A DNA stretch of 64,000 nt from Candidatus Uhrbacteria bacterium. GTDB lineage: Bacteria; Patescibacteriota; Patescibacteriia; UBA9934. This document shows positions 39,197-49,317 of the stretch, in pieces. The position numbers and the translations under genes are program-made. The stretch is taken from the NCBI GenBank assembly GCA_903848275.1, contig CAINGB010000001.1:1175-65174 (forward strand), read 5' to 3'. The notes beneath the pieces are model-generated. The model had not been told where the DNA came from. It worked only from the letters and a program-made list of their open reading frames with translations, and searched no databases. Each line of letters opens with the position of its first letter. Position 1 is the stretch's first letter.

Positions 39197-40548
39197 TCGA
39201 CTCTCGTAATATTTAAAATGCGATCCCGAATAGTGATCGCATTTTGTAGATCCTCGAGAACTTCACGTTTTTCATCACGAGTGCCGTGGGTCAAAATGTG
39301 TTTGGCAAACTTTCGGATGCTGATTTCTTTTTCCTTTGGCTTGGCTATTTTTTCTCCAAGCACCTCTTCCGCGAAAGCCTTATAGCGATCCAGTTCACTT
39401 TCAATCCGCTTCTTAGCTCCGATCTGACCGATATCTATCTCATCAATTATTTTTAAGAGTTGATCAAGGACATCTTTTTCTCGCATTGGTTGTTCCGTAC
39501 ATTCTCGTCCACTTGATTTACCACATCGGTAGTAAACATACCGATGAACATTCCCGTTACCCTTATTTCGTTTGATCTTCTCTTCAGCCGTAATGCCCGA
39601 TCCACAAGCACCGCATTTAAACATCTTCGTGAACTGAAATTCCTTTTCTCCATAGATTGGCCTATCCGGCACGGAAAGCTGATTCTGTACTCGATCAAAC
39701 AGCTCTTGAGTGATCAACGGCTCATGTGCGCCTTTGTACCATTTGCCGCTACCGGCTGGAGCTTCGAATGATCCGTAATAAAATGGGTTCTTCAATATTT
39801 TATACACGCTGCTCAGCGTTACATTTTTCCCCGTACGAGTCTTGAAATTGATCTCTTTGAGGTAGGTGAAGATTGCTCGCCCCGTCGCTTGCTGATGCCC
39901 CACCATTTCGAATACTTTTTTGATGACCGGCGCACGTTCTTCGTCGATGAATATCCTATTTTGCCCTCGATTGATTGAACGCTCATTAAGGTAGCCGAGC
40001 GGAGGCAAGCCAGGTCGCCAACCCATCTCTACTTTATTCTTCAAGCCGCGTTTGACGTTGATCCCTCTGTTATCGTTTTCCAGTTTTGCCTGACTGCCAA
40101 GGATCATGAGTAGGAACTTTTCATTTGGTGAATTAGTGAACTTCTGTGAATGCGTGCGGATGCCGTGGAGCCTCCCTTTATCCATAAGATCGACGAGCAT
40201 GCCAAGGTCGCCAGCATTACGGCTCAATCGATCTGGTGCCCAAGTGAGGATCGCATTGAACATTCCTTGGTCAATATCCGTCATGAGTCGGTTAAACTCT
40301 GGTCGTTCTCCGGATGCTTTTGCTGAATGACTCTCCCGTCGAATCTCGGTAACGTTCATGCCTTCACGGACTGCCAGTTCTTGCATCTCGTGAATCTGTG
40401 AGTCGATGGACAATGCTTGACGTTCGTCGTCTTCTGAACTTTTTCTCGCATATAGGCAATAACGGAGGTCAACGATGACCTCGCCTTTACCAACGTTATT
40501 TGCTCTGTTTTCTGCCAGCAGTGTTGGACTCGAAAGTTGTTGATTCAT
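39193..40548 (-). CDS. large serine recombinase (resolvase-type catalytic domain + recombinase domain + zinc ribbon)
   Basis: Catalytic-Ser N-terminus RYCLYARKSSEDDERQALSIDSQ; zinc ribbon CGACGSG...YYRCGK; 451 aa. Confidence 0.85.
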   Translation of the reverse strand: MNQQLSSPTLLAENRANNVGKGEVIVDLRYCLYARKSSEDDERQALSIDSQIHEMQELAVREGMNVTEIRRESHSAKASGERPEFNRLMTDIDQGMFNAILTWAPDRLSRNAGDLGMLVDLMDKGRLHGIRTHSQKFTNSPNEKFLLMILGSQAKLENDNRGINVKRGLKNKVEMGWRPGLPPLGYLNERSINRGQNRIFIDEERAPVIKKVFEMVGHQQATGRAIFTYLKEINFKTRTGKNVTLSSVYKILKNPFYYGSFEAPAGSGKWYKGAHEPLITQELFDRVQNQLSVPDRPIYGEKEFQFTKMFKCGACGSGITAEEKIKRNKGNGNVHRYVYYRCGKSSGRECTEQPMREKDVLDQLLKIIDEIDIGQIGAKKRIESELDRYKAFAEEVLGEKIAKPKEKEISIRKFAKHILTHGTRDEKREVLEDLQNAITIRDRILNITRVD

Positions 40549-40612
40549 ATGGACTTGATACGTGGTGTTTATGCCCGCCTTCCTCTAGGCAAGGACATTA
40601 ATGCCACGTCTG

Positions 40613-40629
40613 TCCGGGGTGTCTAGGCC
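40613..40629 (+). repeat. left copy of a 17-nt inverted-repeat pair (TCCGGGGTGTCTAGGCC)
   Basis: Reverse complement recurs at 41425..41442; lies just upstream of the recombinase gene start. Confidence 0.6.
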
Positions 40630-40709
40630 TGTGAACTGTTGGTAACTTCCGACCGGAGTGGCTGCGATACGGCGGTCAATATTAAACAGCCGACATGCGG
40701 GTCAGACGG

Positions 40710-41171
40710 CTAGAAGAAACGCTTCGGTAATGAGATTCCGCCTAATGGTTTCGCTCTCGTGCCGATAACGAGACCATTCATCGCTACCTTGATTGCACGA
40801 CCCCCACTCGCCTGAAACGCGACTTCTTTTTGTTTTAGCAGTAATGCGTCAATGAACATGGTGACTCTTGGATCGCTCGCAATGGCAAACGGATTGTTTC
40901 GATCGATCACGCCGAGGTCGCCCCACTCCTCGTCGTTGGGATACGTCACCCAATTATTGTCGAGTTCGTGCATGATCGCCTTCAGATTCAGCCGTCGATT
41001 AGCCGACGTGATTATCACGATAAATCCTCCATTACCTCTAAACAGTGTTAGTTCGAGTAATGCTTCCTCGGAAACGCCTACTTTCTTTGCGATATCTCTT
41101 GAAGCCGTTGCGGCTCCTTTTGGGAGCTGAAATACCTCTAAATTGACCGTTAGTTCGAGTGGATATTCCAT
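40710..41171 (-). CDS. YbaK/ProX-like aminoacyl-tRNA deacylase domain protein
   Basis: Pattern EALLELTLFRGNGG-FIVIITSANRRLNLKAI and C-terminal VAFQASGGRAIKV resemble the YbaK family. Confidence 0.45.
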   Translation of the reverse strand: MEYPLELTVNLEVFQLPKGAATASRDIAKKVGVSEEALLELTLFRGNGGFIVIITSANRRLNLKAIMHELDNNWVTYPNDEEWGDLGVIDRNNPFAIASDPRVTMFIDALLLKQKEVAFQASGGRAIKVAMNGLVIGTRAKPLGGISLPKRFF

Positions 41172-41424
41172 AGTTCTATCAACATCAATGCCACAACGGT
41201 GGGGGTTGTCTAGTCCCTGAAAACCCTTGAAAAGTCGACCTTCTCTAAAGGGTAAGGAAGGACATTTAAGCCAATAAAAACGACTTTACTTCCGGGTGTT
41301 TGTAAGCTATGCTTTGGCAGTCTTAGGTTCAACCCACGCAAGGGTCATTTTGGCCATTTCCGAATAGCGCGCAAAGAGCGGCATCCGGTAAAACAATCGA
41401 CTGCACTATTCGGTGCATAGGTTG

Positions 41425-41442
41425 GGCCTAAGACACCCCGGA
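41425..41442 (-). repeat. right copy of the inverted-repeat pair (GGCCTAAGACACCCCGGA)
   Basis: See 40613..40629. Confidence 0.6.
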
Positions 41443-41485
41443 TGTCGCTTATGTTTAAAGCGATCCGGTTGTCTTAACCCTCGCT

Positions 41486-43648
41486 ATGAACATCACTGCT
41501 AGACCCTGTCGGATGCGCGACGTGATCGCCAGCGACAGTTACTACTCAATTCCAGATTACCAACGCCCTTACGAATGGACGGCGGAAAATGTGGAAGACT
41601 TTTGGACGGATTTGACGAAGGCCTTTGAGCACAAAGAAGACGGATACTTTTTAGATAAGCTCATCCTGGTCAATCGCGGAGACGGCAAGGACTTCGAGGT
41701 GGTCGACGGACGACAGCGTCTGACGACGACCATGATTCTCCTCGCGGTACTCCGTGATTTTTTCTTTGAGCATGATTTGCCGGAACGTGCCGACGAGATT
41801 CAGAACACCTGCATCAAGCGTGGAAAGTATCGGCTGCAAGTTCGACCAGAAGAGCGTGCCTCATTCGAGGATCGTATCCTGAAGTCCGTCGGCATTTTGA
41901 AAGACGTCGCCAAGAGCAACCTGCCAGAAACATTCAAGATGGCCGTCACGCTTCTCAATCAATTCATTGAGGAAAAATCCGAAGAGCTAAAATCGAAAAA
42001 TGCCGAAATCGACATCGTTATTTATCTCGACGAGTTCTACCATTTCCTTCTCGACGAAGTAGTGTTGATTGTGATGACGACGGACTCGGTTTCTTCAGCC
42101 TTTACCATCTTCGAAGCGATCAACACTCGCGGCAAGGACTTGGAGACAAAAGACCTTTTGAAGAACCTGCTTATTCGCCGCATTGAGGAAGAAGTGACGC
42201 GCCACAATGCCGAATATCCGACGGCGCAGAAGTCTTTCGACGACGAGAAGCGACGCTTCTTGGACACATGGCTGGAGATCGGAAAAGTAAAAGTTCCGAC
42301 CGACGAATTATTGCGCCATCATCGTATTGCCGTCGTCGGCGACCGTTCACGCAAAGATTTGTTCCGCGAGATTTCCGAAGACATCAAGGACGCCAACGCA
42401 ACCACCGAGGCGTTCATGGATAACTGGAAGCGTTCGGTCGATGCGTTCGTCGAGCTCAAGGCCGGTACGTGGCATGGCGAGGCACTGAACGGATCGGCGC
42501 AAAAGGCACTGCTCCTTCTTTGGAACATCGGTCATGGTTATTGGATTCCAGTACTCATTTCCGCCTGGCGTGATGGCATCGACCGTGAAAAAGCTCAGAC
42601 GTTGATCGAAGGGCTTGAACGCTTTTGTGGCCTTTCGTTCGTGGCTGGCCACACCTCGCGCGGCGTCCTTTCAACGCTCCTCGCATCCGTGCGCGACCTC
42701 AACAACAAACAGTCTGTGGAGAACGTTCTCGCCCGCATCGAAGCATTTCTTCGCAAGAACCGCGTCTTCCGCGATGCGACCGAGAACCTACGGAGCGATG
42801 TGTATCACGCGAGCTGGGGGAAATATGCCTTGGCCAAGTATGAGTACACGCTTTTGGATGATTCCATCATTCGCGAGATTCCGTTTTCGCGAACGGTTCA
42901 GCTGGAGCACATCCTGCCGCAGACGATGACCGATCCCGCATGGACGGCGTTGTTTACCGAAACCGAGCATGACGAGCTGGTGAACACGCTCGGTAACGTA
43001 ACACTTCTTGCCGGAAGCATGAGCGAGGGGCGAAAGTCCAAAAACCAATCTGCTTCGAACAAGCCGTTCGCCGACAAGGTAAAAATCTATCGTGGTGAGA
43101 CGAACAAGGACGGGCTAACCGCCTTCCGAATGACGCAAGAAGTCGCGGAGTACGAATCCTGGACACCAAACGTCATTCGCGAGCGAACGGAGATCGTTCT
43201 TTCAACACTTGTTGGCGCATGGGACGTCACCGCCGAGGATATGGACAGCCAACCCGAGATCGTCACGTCTGATTCTGTCAGGCCAGTTGATACAGAAATT
43301 CTTACGAGCGACGATATCCGCTTCCGTCTTGAAGAAACGCTTGGACGCGAGAGTGATCTTACTCCACGCCTCATCGTTTTCCTCAAGGTTCTTCTCTCCG
43401 AAGGTCGTAGCTTTACCCAAGAGGAGCTTCGCGCTAATCTGTACGACAATGGAATCGGCACTGACCTCGGCCAGGCGGGGCGATATTTGAGCAATATTTC
43501 TCAATTCGTCACCAACGTGAACAACGCCCATCTTCGAGCCATCATTGCCTACGACCTCGAACACGATCGCCCAGGCGCACGAAAGGATAACTACCGGATC
43601 CGCAACGAATATCGAGACCTCGTTCGTGACGCGCTCGCCAAACTTTAA
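41486..43648 (+). CDS. GmrSD-type type IV restriction enzyme (DUF262 ParB-like NTPase + DUF1524 His-Me finger nuclease)
   Basis: DUF262 motifs IPDYQRPYEW, DGRQRLTT; DUF1524 motifs EHILPQ...LGNVTLLAGSMSEG. Confidence 0.75.
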   Translation: MNITARPCRMRDVIASDSYYSIPDYQRPYEWTAENVEDFWTDLTKAFEHKEDGYFLDKLILVNRGDGKDFEVVDGRQRLTTTMILLAVLRDFFFEHDLPERADEIQNTCIKRGKYRLQVRPEERASFEDRILKSVGILKDVAKSNLPETFKMAVTLLNQFIEEKSEELKSKNAEIDIVIYLDEFYHFLLDEVVLIVMTTDSVSSAFTIFEAINTRGKDLETKDLLKNLLIRRIEEEVTRHNAEYPTAQKSFDDEKRRFLDTWLEIGKVKVPTDELLRHHRIAVVGDRSRKDLFREISEDIKDANATTEAFMDNWKRSVDAFVELKAGTWHGEALNGSAQKALLLLWNIGHGYWIPVLISAWRDGIDREKAQTLIEGLERFCGLSFVAGHTSRGVLSTLLASVRDLNNKQSVENVLARIEAFLRKNRVFRDATENLRSDVYHASWGKYALAKYEYTLLDDSIIREIPFSRTVQLEHILPQTMTDPAWTALFTETEHDELVNTLGNVTLLAGSMSEGRKSKNQSASNKPFADKVKIYRGETNKDGLTAFRMTQEVAEYESWTPNVIRERTEIVLSTLVGAWDVTAEDMDSQPEIVTSDSVRPVDTEILTSDDIRFRLEETLGRESDLTPRLIVFLKVLLSEGRSFTQEELRANLYDNGIGTDLGQAGRYLSNISQFVTNVNNAHLRAIIAYDLEHDRPGARKDNYRIRNEYRDLVRDALAKL

Positions 43649-43657
43649 CCTTCTTCT

Positions 43658-45130
43658 ATGCTTTCCAAGTCGAACTTCATGCAATTCCTTCGTTGCTCTT
43701 GCGAGCTATGGCTCACGAAGCAGCGACCGGATCTCGTACCTCCAACGGATCCCGCGCTTCAGCGCATCTTCGACGAGGGGAACATTGTCGACAAATGGGC
43801 GCAGAAGCTCTTCCCAGGCGGCGTGGACGTTGATGGATTCGGAAAGCCTGCCGCTGAGAACACGAGGAAGGCGATCGCGAACGGTGCGACCGTCCTGCTT
43901 CAGCCGACATTTATGACTGCGAAGCTTTCTTGCCGTGGCGACATCCTGACGAAAAATGCCGACGGATCGTGGGATATTTACGAGGTGAAGAGTTCGACGG
44001 ACGTGAAGGAGGAACATATTACCGACGTCGCTTTCCAGCGTATCTGCATCGAGGAAGCTGGCATTCGCATTTCGCGCACGTTCCTCGTTCACATCAACAA
44101 CCAATACGTTCGTAATGGCGAGATTGACCCCGAGCAACTATTCACCAAAGTCGACATCACGCGCGAAGTCGAGAATGTGATGCCGATGGCAAAGAAAGAA
44201 ATTCCCCGCGCCCTTGCTGTCCTCGATTGGGACAAGGTACCAGGACTCCTACACGTCATGTCCTGCAACGATCCTGCCGAGTGTGAATTCCTTTCTTGTT
44301 ATTTCAACCAGTTCAGAAGTGCCGACATTTATTCCATCGCCTCGTCTCTTCCGAAAGAGAAGCTTGTCGCGTTCCTTGAACGAGGTTTTATCACACCAGA
44401 ACAGGTTCCAGTTGATCTCATGGCCGAGCTTGGGGACATCAAGCTACCGGACGCAAAGGCTGAACCAACGCTCTTCGTAGACAAGGACACTATCAAATCC
44501 GAACTCGACGGACTCGTGTACCCGCTCTACTTTTTGGATTACGAAACGCAGCACTCCGCGGTGCCGGCGTTCGATGGTTACCGACCGTACCAGCAGATGG
44601 TTTTTCAGTATTCCGTTCACGTCGTGCGTGAACCTGGAGCCGAGCCGGAACACTACGAATTCCTCGCCGATGAACCAAAAGACCCCGCATCGATGGTTGC
44701 GGAGTCTCTCAAGAAGCACATTGGCGACACTGGAAGCATTATCGTGTGGAACGCTCGGTTCGAAGCATCCCGCAATGCGGAGATCGGCGAGCACCTGCCC
44801 GAGTTTGCAGACTTCATGGCGAACATCAACAACCGTATTTACGATCTGATGATGATCGTAAAGAAGGGCTACTACGTCGACTCACGTTTCGGTGGAAGCG
44901 CGTCGATCAAGAAGGTATTACCAGTCATGTGTCCCGAGCTTTCGTATAACGATCTCGCCATCCACGAGGGTGGCACGGCATCCGCGAGCTGGGCTACGCT
45001 CACGAACGCCGCGATTCCCGTCGAAGATCGAGAACAATTGCGCAAGGAAATGTTGGCGTATTGTTCGCTTGATACCTTCGCGATGCTGGCAATCCATCGA
45101 AAGTTTCTGGAGGTCGTTCGACCGTCTTAG
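43658..45130 (+). CDS. DUF2779-type two-nuclease protein (N-terminal PD-(D/E)XK Cas4-like + C-terminal DnaQ-like exonuclease)
   Basis: N-term MLSKSNFMQFLRCSCELWL; D...EVK motif; C-term LDYETQ and LDTFAMLAIH. Confidence 0.5.
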   Translation: MLSKSNFMQFLRCSCELWLTKQRPDLVPPTDPALQRIFDEGNIVDKWAQKLFPGGVDVDGFGKPAAENTRKAIANGATVLLQPTFMTAKLSCRGDILTKNADGSWDIYEVKSSTDVKEEHITDVAFQRICIEEAGIRISRTFLVHINNQYVRNGEIDPEQLFTKVDITREVENVMPMAKKEIPRALAVLDWDKVPGLLHVMSCNDPAECEFLSCYFNQFRSADIYSIASSLPKEKLVAFLERGFITPEQVPVDLMAELGDIKLPDAKAEPTLFVDKDTIKSELDGLVYPLYFLDYETQHSAVPAFDGYRPYQQMVFQYSVHVVREPGAEPEHYEFLADEPKDPASMVAESLKKHIGDTGSIIVWNARFEASRNAEIGEHLPEFADFMANINNRIYDLMMIVKKGYYVDSRFGGSASIKKVLPVMCPELSYNDLAIHEGGTASASWATLTNAAIPVEDREQLRKEMLAYCSLDTFAMLAIHRKFLEVVRPS

Positions 45131-46749
45131 CGGTCGTAGAGATTGCTCTCGGGAATACCCATCTTCCGACGATTTTCGATCCGCGCCTCTTCTGCCCTAT
45201 CAATCTCCTCAGCCAACTTCCGTTCGTCTTCCATTTCTTTTTCAAACTTTTCTTCATCGATCTCAATGAGATCAATACGCCTCATGTTGCCGACACCCAT
45301 ACCGATGTGGCTCGAGCGTGTTTTCTCGATCAGATAGTTCATGCCGAGAGAGAAGGCGTCACAAAGATCGTCGTGTTCGCCGGGTCCGAAGTTCACGAGC
45401 TGTTCGATGAGCTTCTCAGCGCCAACGCGAGGAAATACTACTTCCCCCTGGACGACATACGATGCTGGAATCTCAAGACGTTCACGCTTATTCATGCCGT
45501 GAAGTGCCACCATTCGTGCACGACATCCCTCTTGTCTCAATTCAGCGGCGACACGTTCCTGAAAACTTACGTCCTCAATGAGCACCTCTGCGTCACGGAT
45601 TTCCTTGAGCGCGTCCCTCTTTGTGATGATCGTGCTTACCGACTCGCTGACCTTCATATGTTTGTTGACGACGCCGGGCAATACGTAAAACTTGCGGTTC
45701 CTGCCACCACCATATACAGCGATCGTCACAAGTGCTGCATAGTCGGCAGTAGACTTATCTGAGACGGCAAGATCAGTGCCAATGACCAGATGACGGCATG
45801 TGAGGTCTTTCGGCAGCGCGTCATAGTACTGAAACTCCTCGCGCCGCAAGAGCTGAGTTTCATCGTCGACAATGCGGAGCATGAACTCGCGTTGCCAAGC
45901 GGATTCATTTGGAACGCTGCGGTGGAACTGCTCAACGGTTGCCTTGTCTATAAAACGCTCTGGCCAGGTAGGGTCACCGTTATCGTCGACGATCGGGACG
46001 CGAACGAACGTTCCATCAATGCGCTTTTCCTCGATGGCATTGCGGAGACGCTGTAGGATGCAGTCGGCATTCACCAAATTTCCAACATAGACGAACTGTG
46101 TGCGCTGATCTCCGCATGGAATGACCTCGCTCGTATACCAATCATAATTCGCATCGCGTGCGTCCTGCCCCCGTGTTGAGTCGATGTTTTCAACGTCGTC
46201 GCAGATTACCAAGTCTGGGCGATTCTGAAGGTGACGCAAACCACGGATGCCTTGCTCGCGCGAGAGGGCAATAATCTTTGCCCCGTACTGCTTGATAACA
46301 ATGGCACCCGCGTTCCATTCCTCATCCTGTTCTTCAAACGGTCCCAAATCTGATAAAAGCAATGGATTAGTGGACAGCTCCTCCTTGATGTTGGTCAGGT
46401 ATTGGCGCGCCTGTTTCTGAGTTTGGCCAATGATGAGAATGCACTTTTTCTGTGGCATCCCTACCACCGACCAGATCGGAAGCGAAAGGGATAAGATGGT
46501 CGACTTCCCCGACCCACGGAACGCAAGGGCTACCAAGAACTTCTGTTTGATGTTTTCAGTTTGTGCGAAGAGATACTGATGGAAGGCAGCGAATGGGCTG
46601 GTAAAGTAGTGGCCGAAGTACACACGCGCAAACATCTCGTGACTATTCTTTACCACCGTCGTTCGGACTGATTGGTTCGTCTGCATGAGCTGGATCATCT
46701 GATCCAACGCTATCGGATTCTGATTCGGGTCTGGCTGTTGTTTCGGCAT
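45127..46749 (-). CDS. phage terminase large subunit (probable true start near 46635)
   Basis: Walker A LAFRGSGKST, Walker B LVICDDVENID, C-terminal RNase-H-like nuclease region. Confidence 0.75.
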   Translation of the reverse strand: MPKQQPDPNQNPIALDQMIQLMQTNQSVRTTVVKNSHEMFARVYFGHYFTSPFAAFHQYLFAQTENIKQKFLVALAFRGSGKSTILSLSLPIWSVVGMPQKKCILIIGQTQKQARQYLTNIKEELSTNPLLLSDLGPFEEQDEEWNAGAIVIKQYGAKIIALSREQGIRGLRHLQNRPDLVICDDVENIDSTRGQDARDANYDWYTSEVIPCGDQRTQFVYVGNLVNADCILQRLRNAIEEKRIDGTFVRVPIVDDNGDPTWPERFIDKATVEQFHRSVPNESAWQREFMLRIVDDETQLLRREEFQYYDALPKDLTCRHLVIGTDLAVSDKSTADYAALVTIAVYGGGRNRKFYVLPGVVNKHMKVSESVSTIITKRDALKEIRDAEVLIEDVSFQERVAAELRQEGCRARMVALHGMNKRERLEIPASYVVQGEVVFPRVGAEKLIEQLVNFGPGEHDDLCDAFSLGMNYLIEKTRSSHIGMGVGNMRRIDLIEIDEEKFEKEMEDERKLAEEIDRAEEARIENRRKMGIPESNLYDR

Positions 46750-47191
46750 AGGAAATTGGAGATTGAATAAGAGTAGCCTTGTGAGTGGCGAGCATCTGCA
46801 TAAAGTCAGTGGTTAATGCTGTCGCCTCAGGTGACATTTCTGGCGGCTTAACGGTGACCGCGGCATCGATACGCAGTTTGTCCGCGTAGGCCTTGTGTCG
46901 GTTGCGAAGCCAGAACGCGATGGCCGGATAGTTTTGATCCTTGATAAGCGTGATGAGCTGGCTCTCGGCCATGTCGTTGATGAACGCCGTGCCTTCGCGA
47001 ATCGCTTCTTCTGTTTCCGATGCGAATGTCACATCCTCGTCTACCCATCGGTAGTAGGTCGCCCGTGCCACGCCGTTTTTCTCACATGCAACTTGGATGA
47101 TAGGAATTTTCCGGAGCTGATCGACGATGAGCTTCTTTTGTTCTTGTTGACGTTGGTCGATCAATTTACTGTCGCGTTTATTCTTGGGCAT
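46643..47191 (-). CDS. phage terminase small subunit (HTH DNA-binding)
   Basis: HTH ACEKNGVARATYYRWV; directly upstream of and overlapping terL. Confidence 0.6.
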   Translation of the reverse strand: MPKNKRDSKLIDQRQQEQKKLIVDQLRKIPIIQVACEKNGVARATYYRWVDEDVTFASETEEAIREGTAFINDMAESQLITLIKDQNYPAIAFWLRNRHKAYADKLRIDAAVTVKPPEMSPEATALTTDFMQMLATHKATLIQSPISYAETTARPESESDSVGSDDPAHADEPISPNDGGKE

Positions 47192-47972
47192 ACGTTGCGA
47201 TCTTAACGGCCTTGATGCCGGTTTTCTTTTCGAACCTGTCGATCACCGTCATGATGTACTCGGGATCGATCTCGACTCCATAGCATCGACGTTTCGTATC
47301 TTCTGCCGCTATCAAAGTTGACCCACTACCGAGATACCCATCGAATATAACGTCCCCGATGGTGGAACTATTCAAGATGATTCTGCGGAGCAATCCGACA
47401 GGTTTCATCGAGGGATGAAGGCCGCTCTTGCTCGGCTTTGGATAGAATAAAATCGATTTGTCCTTACTCTTCATGAACTTGTGCGTGCCGAGCCAGCCGT
47501 ACGCAAGAAGCTCGTGTTGCGGTAAATAGTCCAATCGACCGACCACCGCGTGGTTCTTGATCCAGATGATCAATTGGGCGAACTTGTATCCCTCCTCAAG
47601 CATCGCGTCGCGTAACGCGAAGATCATCTTGTCTGCATTGAAAATGTAGCAGGAGTTCTTCTTGGCAAAGTACGGCACGAGCGCCCCGAGCCACGCCTTG
47701 CTGAACGCCTTGTACTCGGCATCGGTCTGAATGTGGTCATTGATAATGTCACGGTCGTTGCCGAGCTTCTGCTTGAAACCGCGTTTCGATGCGGTTGCAT
47801 CTACAGAATACGGGGGATCACAGAGCAGCAGGCCGATCTTCTCAGTGCCGATTAACTTCTTGAGGAGCCCGACGTCAGACGAACTGCCACACGCGATGCG
47901 GTGCACTCCCAACTGGTAAATTTCCCCTGGCTTAACGGATGAGTTTCGGCTTGATGCCGGTGAGTTTTTCAT
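47178..47972 (-). CDS. DNA methyltransferase (N6A/N4C amino-MTase, beta class)
   Basis: DPPY motif IV (LLLCDPPYS) then motif I FDGYLGSGST. Confidence 0.8.
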   Translation of the reverse strand: MKNSPASSRNSSVKPGEIYQLGVHRIACGSSSDVGLLKKLIGTEKIGLLLCDPPYSVDATASKRGFKQKLGNDRDIINDHIQTDAEYKAFSKAWLGALVPYFAKKNSCYIFNADKMIFALRDAMLEEGYKFAQLIIWIKNHAVVGRLDYLPQHELLAYGWLGTHKFMKSKDKSILFYPKPSKSGLHPSMKPVGLLRRIILNSSTIGDVIFDGYLGSGSTLIAAEDTKRRCYGVEIDPEYIMTVIDRFEKKTGIKAVKIATYAQE

Positions 47973-49317
47973 AACGATTTAAGATTACTTGGCAAAAGAT
48001 TGGTTCTTGCTCACAGAGGAATGCACGCCTACGCAGTTGATCAGCACTAATGAGGAAACTTCCACTACCACCAAAGAGATCGAGTACTGCATCATTGATC
48101 TTGGTACATCGGCGCAACGCCTTCTCATGTAATGTTGGATTTTTAGAAGTTGGGTGTTCATACTCCTGCGCCGGAAGACGCTTCACCAACCAAATCTGCA
48201 GTTGATCCATCACGTCATCGATCAGACGATTGCCTGTGCCGATCTCCTTGTTCATGATTTCATTCAGGTTCGTAATCGTTGGAGCAAGAAATGGCTTACC
48301 ACGGGTGGCATATGTTGCCATCTCGATACATTTGTTGAAGGCAACTCCAGCGGTTGGTGTTGCATTATCTTTGACCCAAATGCATACACGTCGGTTTGTG
48401 AGGCCGAGATCCGTGAAGAGACTCTGGATGACACCGACCATGCATTCGTCCGACCAGTAAAAGACATGGCAGTCTGGCTTCGCCACAGCGAGCGCATTTT
48501 CCATCGTCTTCTTGAGGAACGCCCGATACTCCTCCGGCTTCCACGAATCGTTGGTCATGAGCCCGCCGTACTTGCCAGGCTTGCAACTCACGCCGCGGTC
48601 ATAGGAAAGGCCGATGTCGAAAGGAGGGTCACAATCGATCATGGAGATCGTCTCTTTGCCAACGAGCCGCTGGACGTTTTCAAGCTTGGTTGAATCGCCG
48701 CAAAGGAGCTTGTGTGCTCCAAGCGCATACAGGTCGCCAGTCTTCACCGTTGTCGTCTTCACTTCCTCGACCGCCTGTTCGAGGTCGAAGCCGTCGTCTT
48801 CCGTCGCGAGCGAGTCGCCCCAGAGCGCCGTGAGATCCGTGTCGTCGAAACCGACGTCGAGGAGCATGTCGATGTCGAATGCCTTCAACAAGTCCATATC
48901 GAACGAGCCGGAATTTTTGTTGAGGCGTAAATTAAGTTCGCGTTCACGTTTGATGTCCGTGATGTGAAGGAAGACGACAGGAACTTCCGTGATGCCAAGA
49001 TCCTTGGCGCACTGGAGACGGAAGTGACCTCCTACGAGCACTCCTTCGCGTCCCTTTGCGGAGTTCGCGATGAGCGGGTCGACGAACCCGAAGCGGCGGA
49101 TGCTCTCGCGGAGCTTTTCTGCCGCCGCGTCGTCCCAAACGCGAGGATTGTACTCGCTTGCGCGTAACGTATCTGTGGGAACCATGACGATCTTCAGATC
49201 GTTTGCGGCCTTCTTTGGCCGCACTAAACTAGCCTTTGCCATATGGTGAAAGGTGAGATGAATAAGTTTGCGTAACTTTTTATCGAAGGACTCGGTACCG
49301 TTGCCCTGATCGACCAC
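47932..49317 (-). CDS. ParB-like nuclease domain–DNA methyltransferase fusion (phage type)
   Basis: N-terminal ParB/Srx-like domain; MTase motifs CDPPFD and LDLFGGSGSFLI. Confidence 0.8.
   Translation of the reverse strand: MVDQGNGTESFDKKLRKLIHLTFHHMAKASLVRPKKAANDLKIVMVPTDTLRASEYNPRVWDDAAAEKLRESIRRFGFVDPLIANSAKGREGVLVGGHFRLQCAKDLGITEVPVVFLHITDIKRERELNLRLNKNSGSFDMDLLKAFDIDMLLDVGFDDTDLTALWGDSLATEDDGFDLEQAVEEVKTTTVKTGDLYALGAHKLLCGDSTKLENVQRLVGKETISMIDCDPPFDIGLSYDRGVSCKPGKYGGLMTNDSWKPEEYRAFLKKTMENALAVAKPDCHVFYWSDECMVGVIQSLFTDLGLTNRRVCIWVKDNATPTAGVAFNKCIEMATYATRGKPFLAPTITNLNEIMNKEIGTGNRLIDDVMDQLQIWLVKRLPAQEYEHPTSKNPTLHEKALRRCTKINDAVLDLFGGSGSFLISADQLRRRAFLCEQEPIFCQVILNRYEKLTGIKPKLIR

Noticed and set aside
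42347-43684. Several 70–160-aa antisense ORFs inside the GmrSD-like gene (42347..42652, 42788..43048, 43087..43494, 43202..43684)
   Set aside because: Shadow ORFs in a GC-rich conserved gene.
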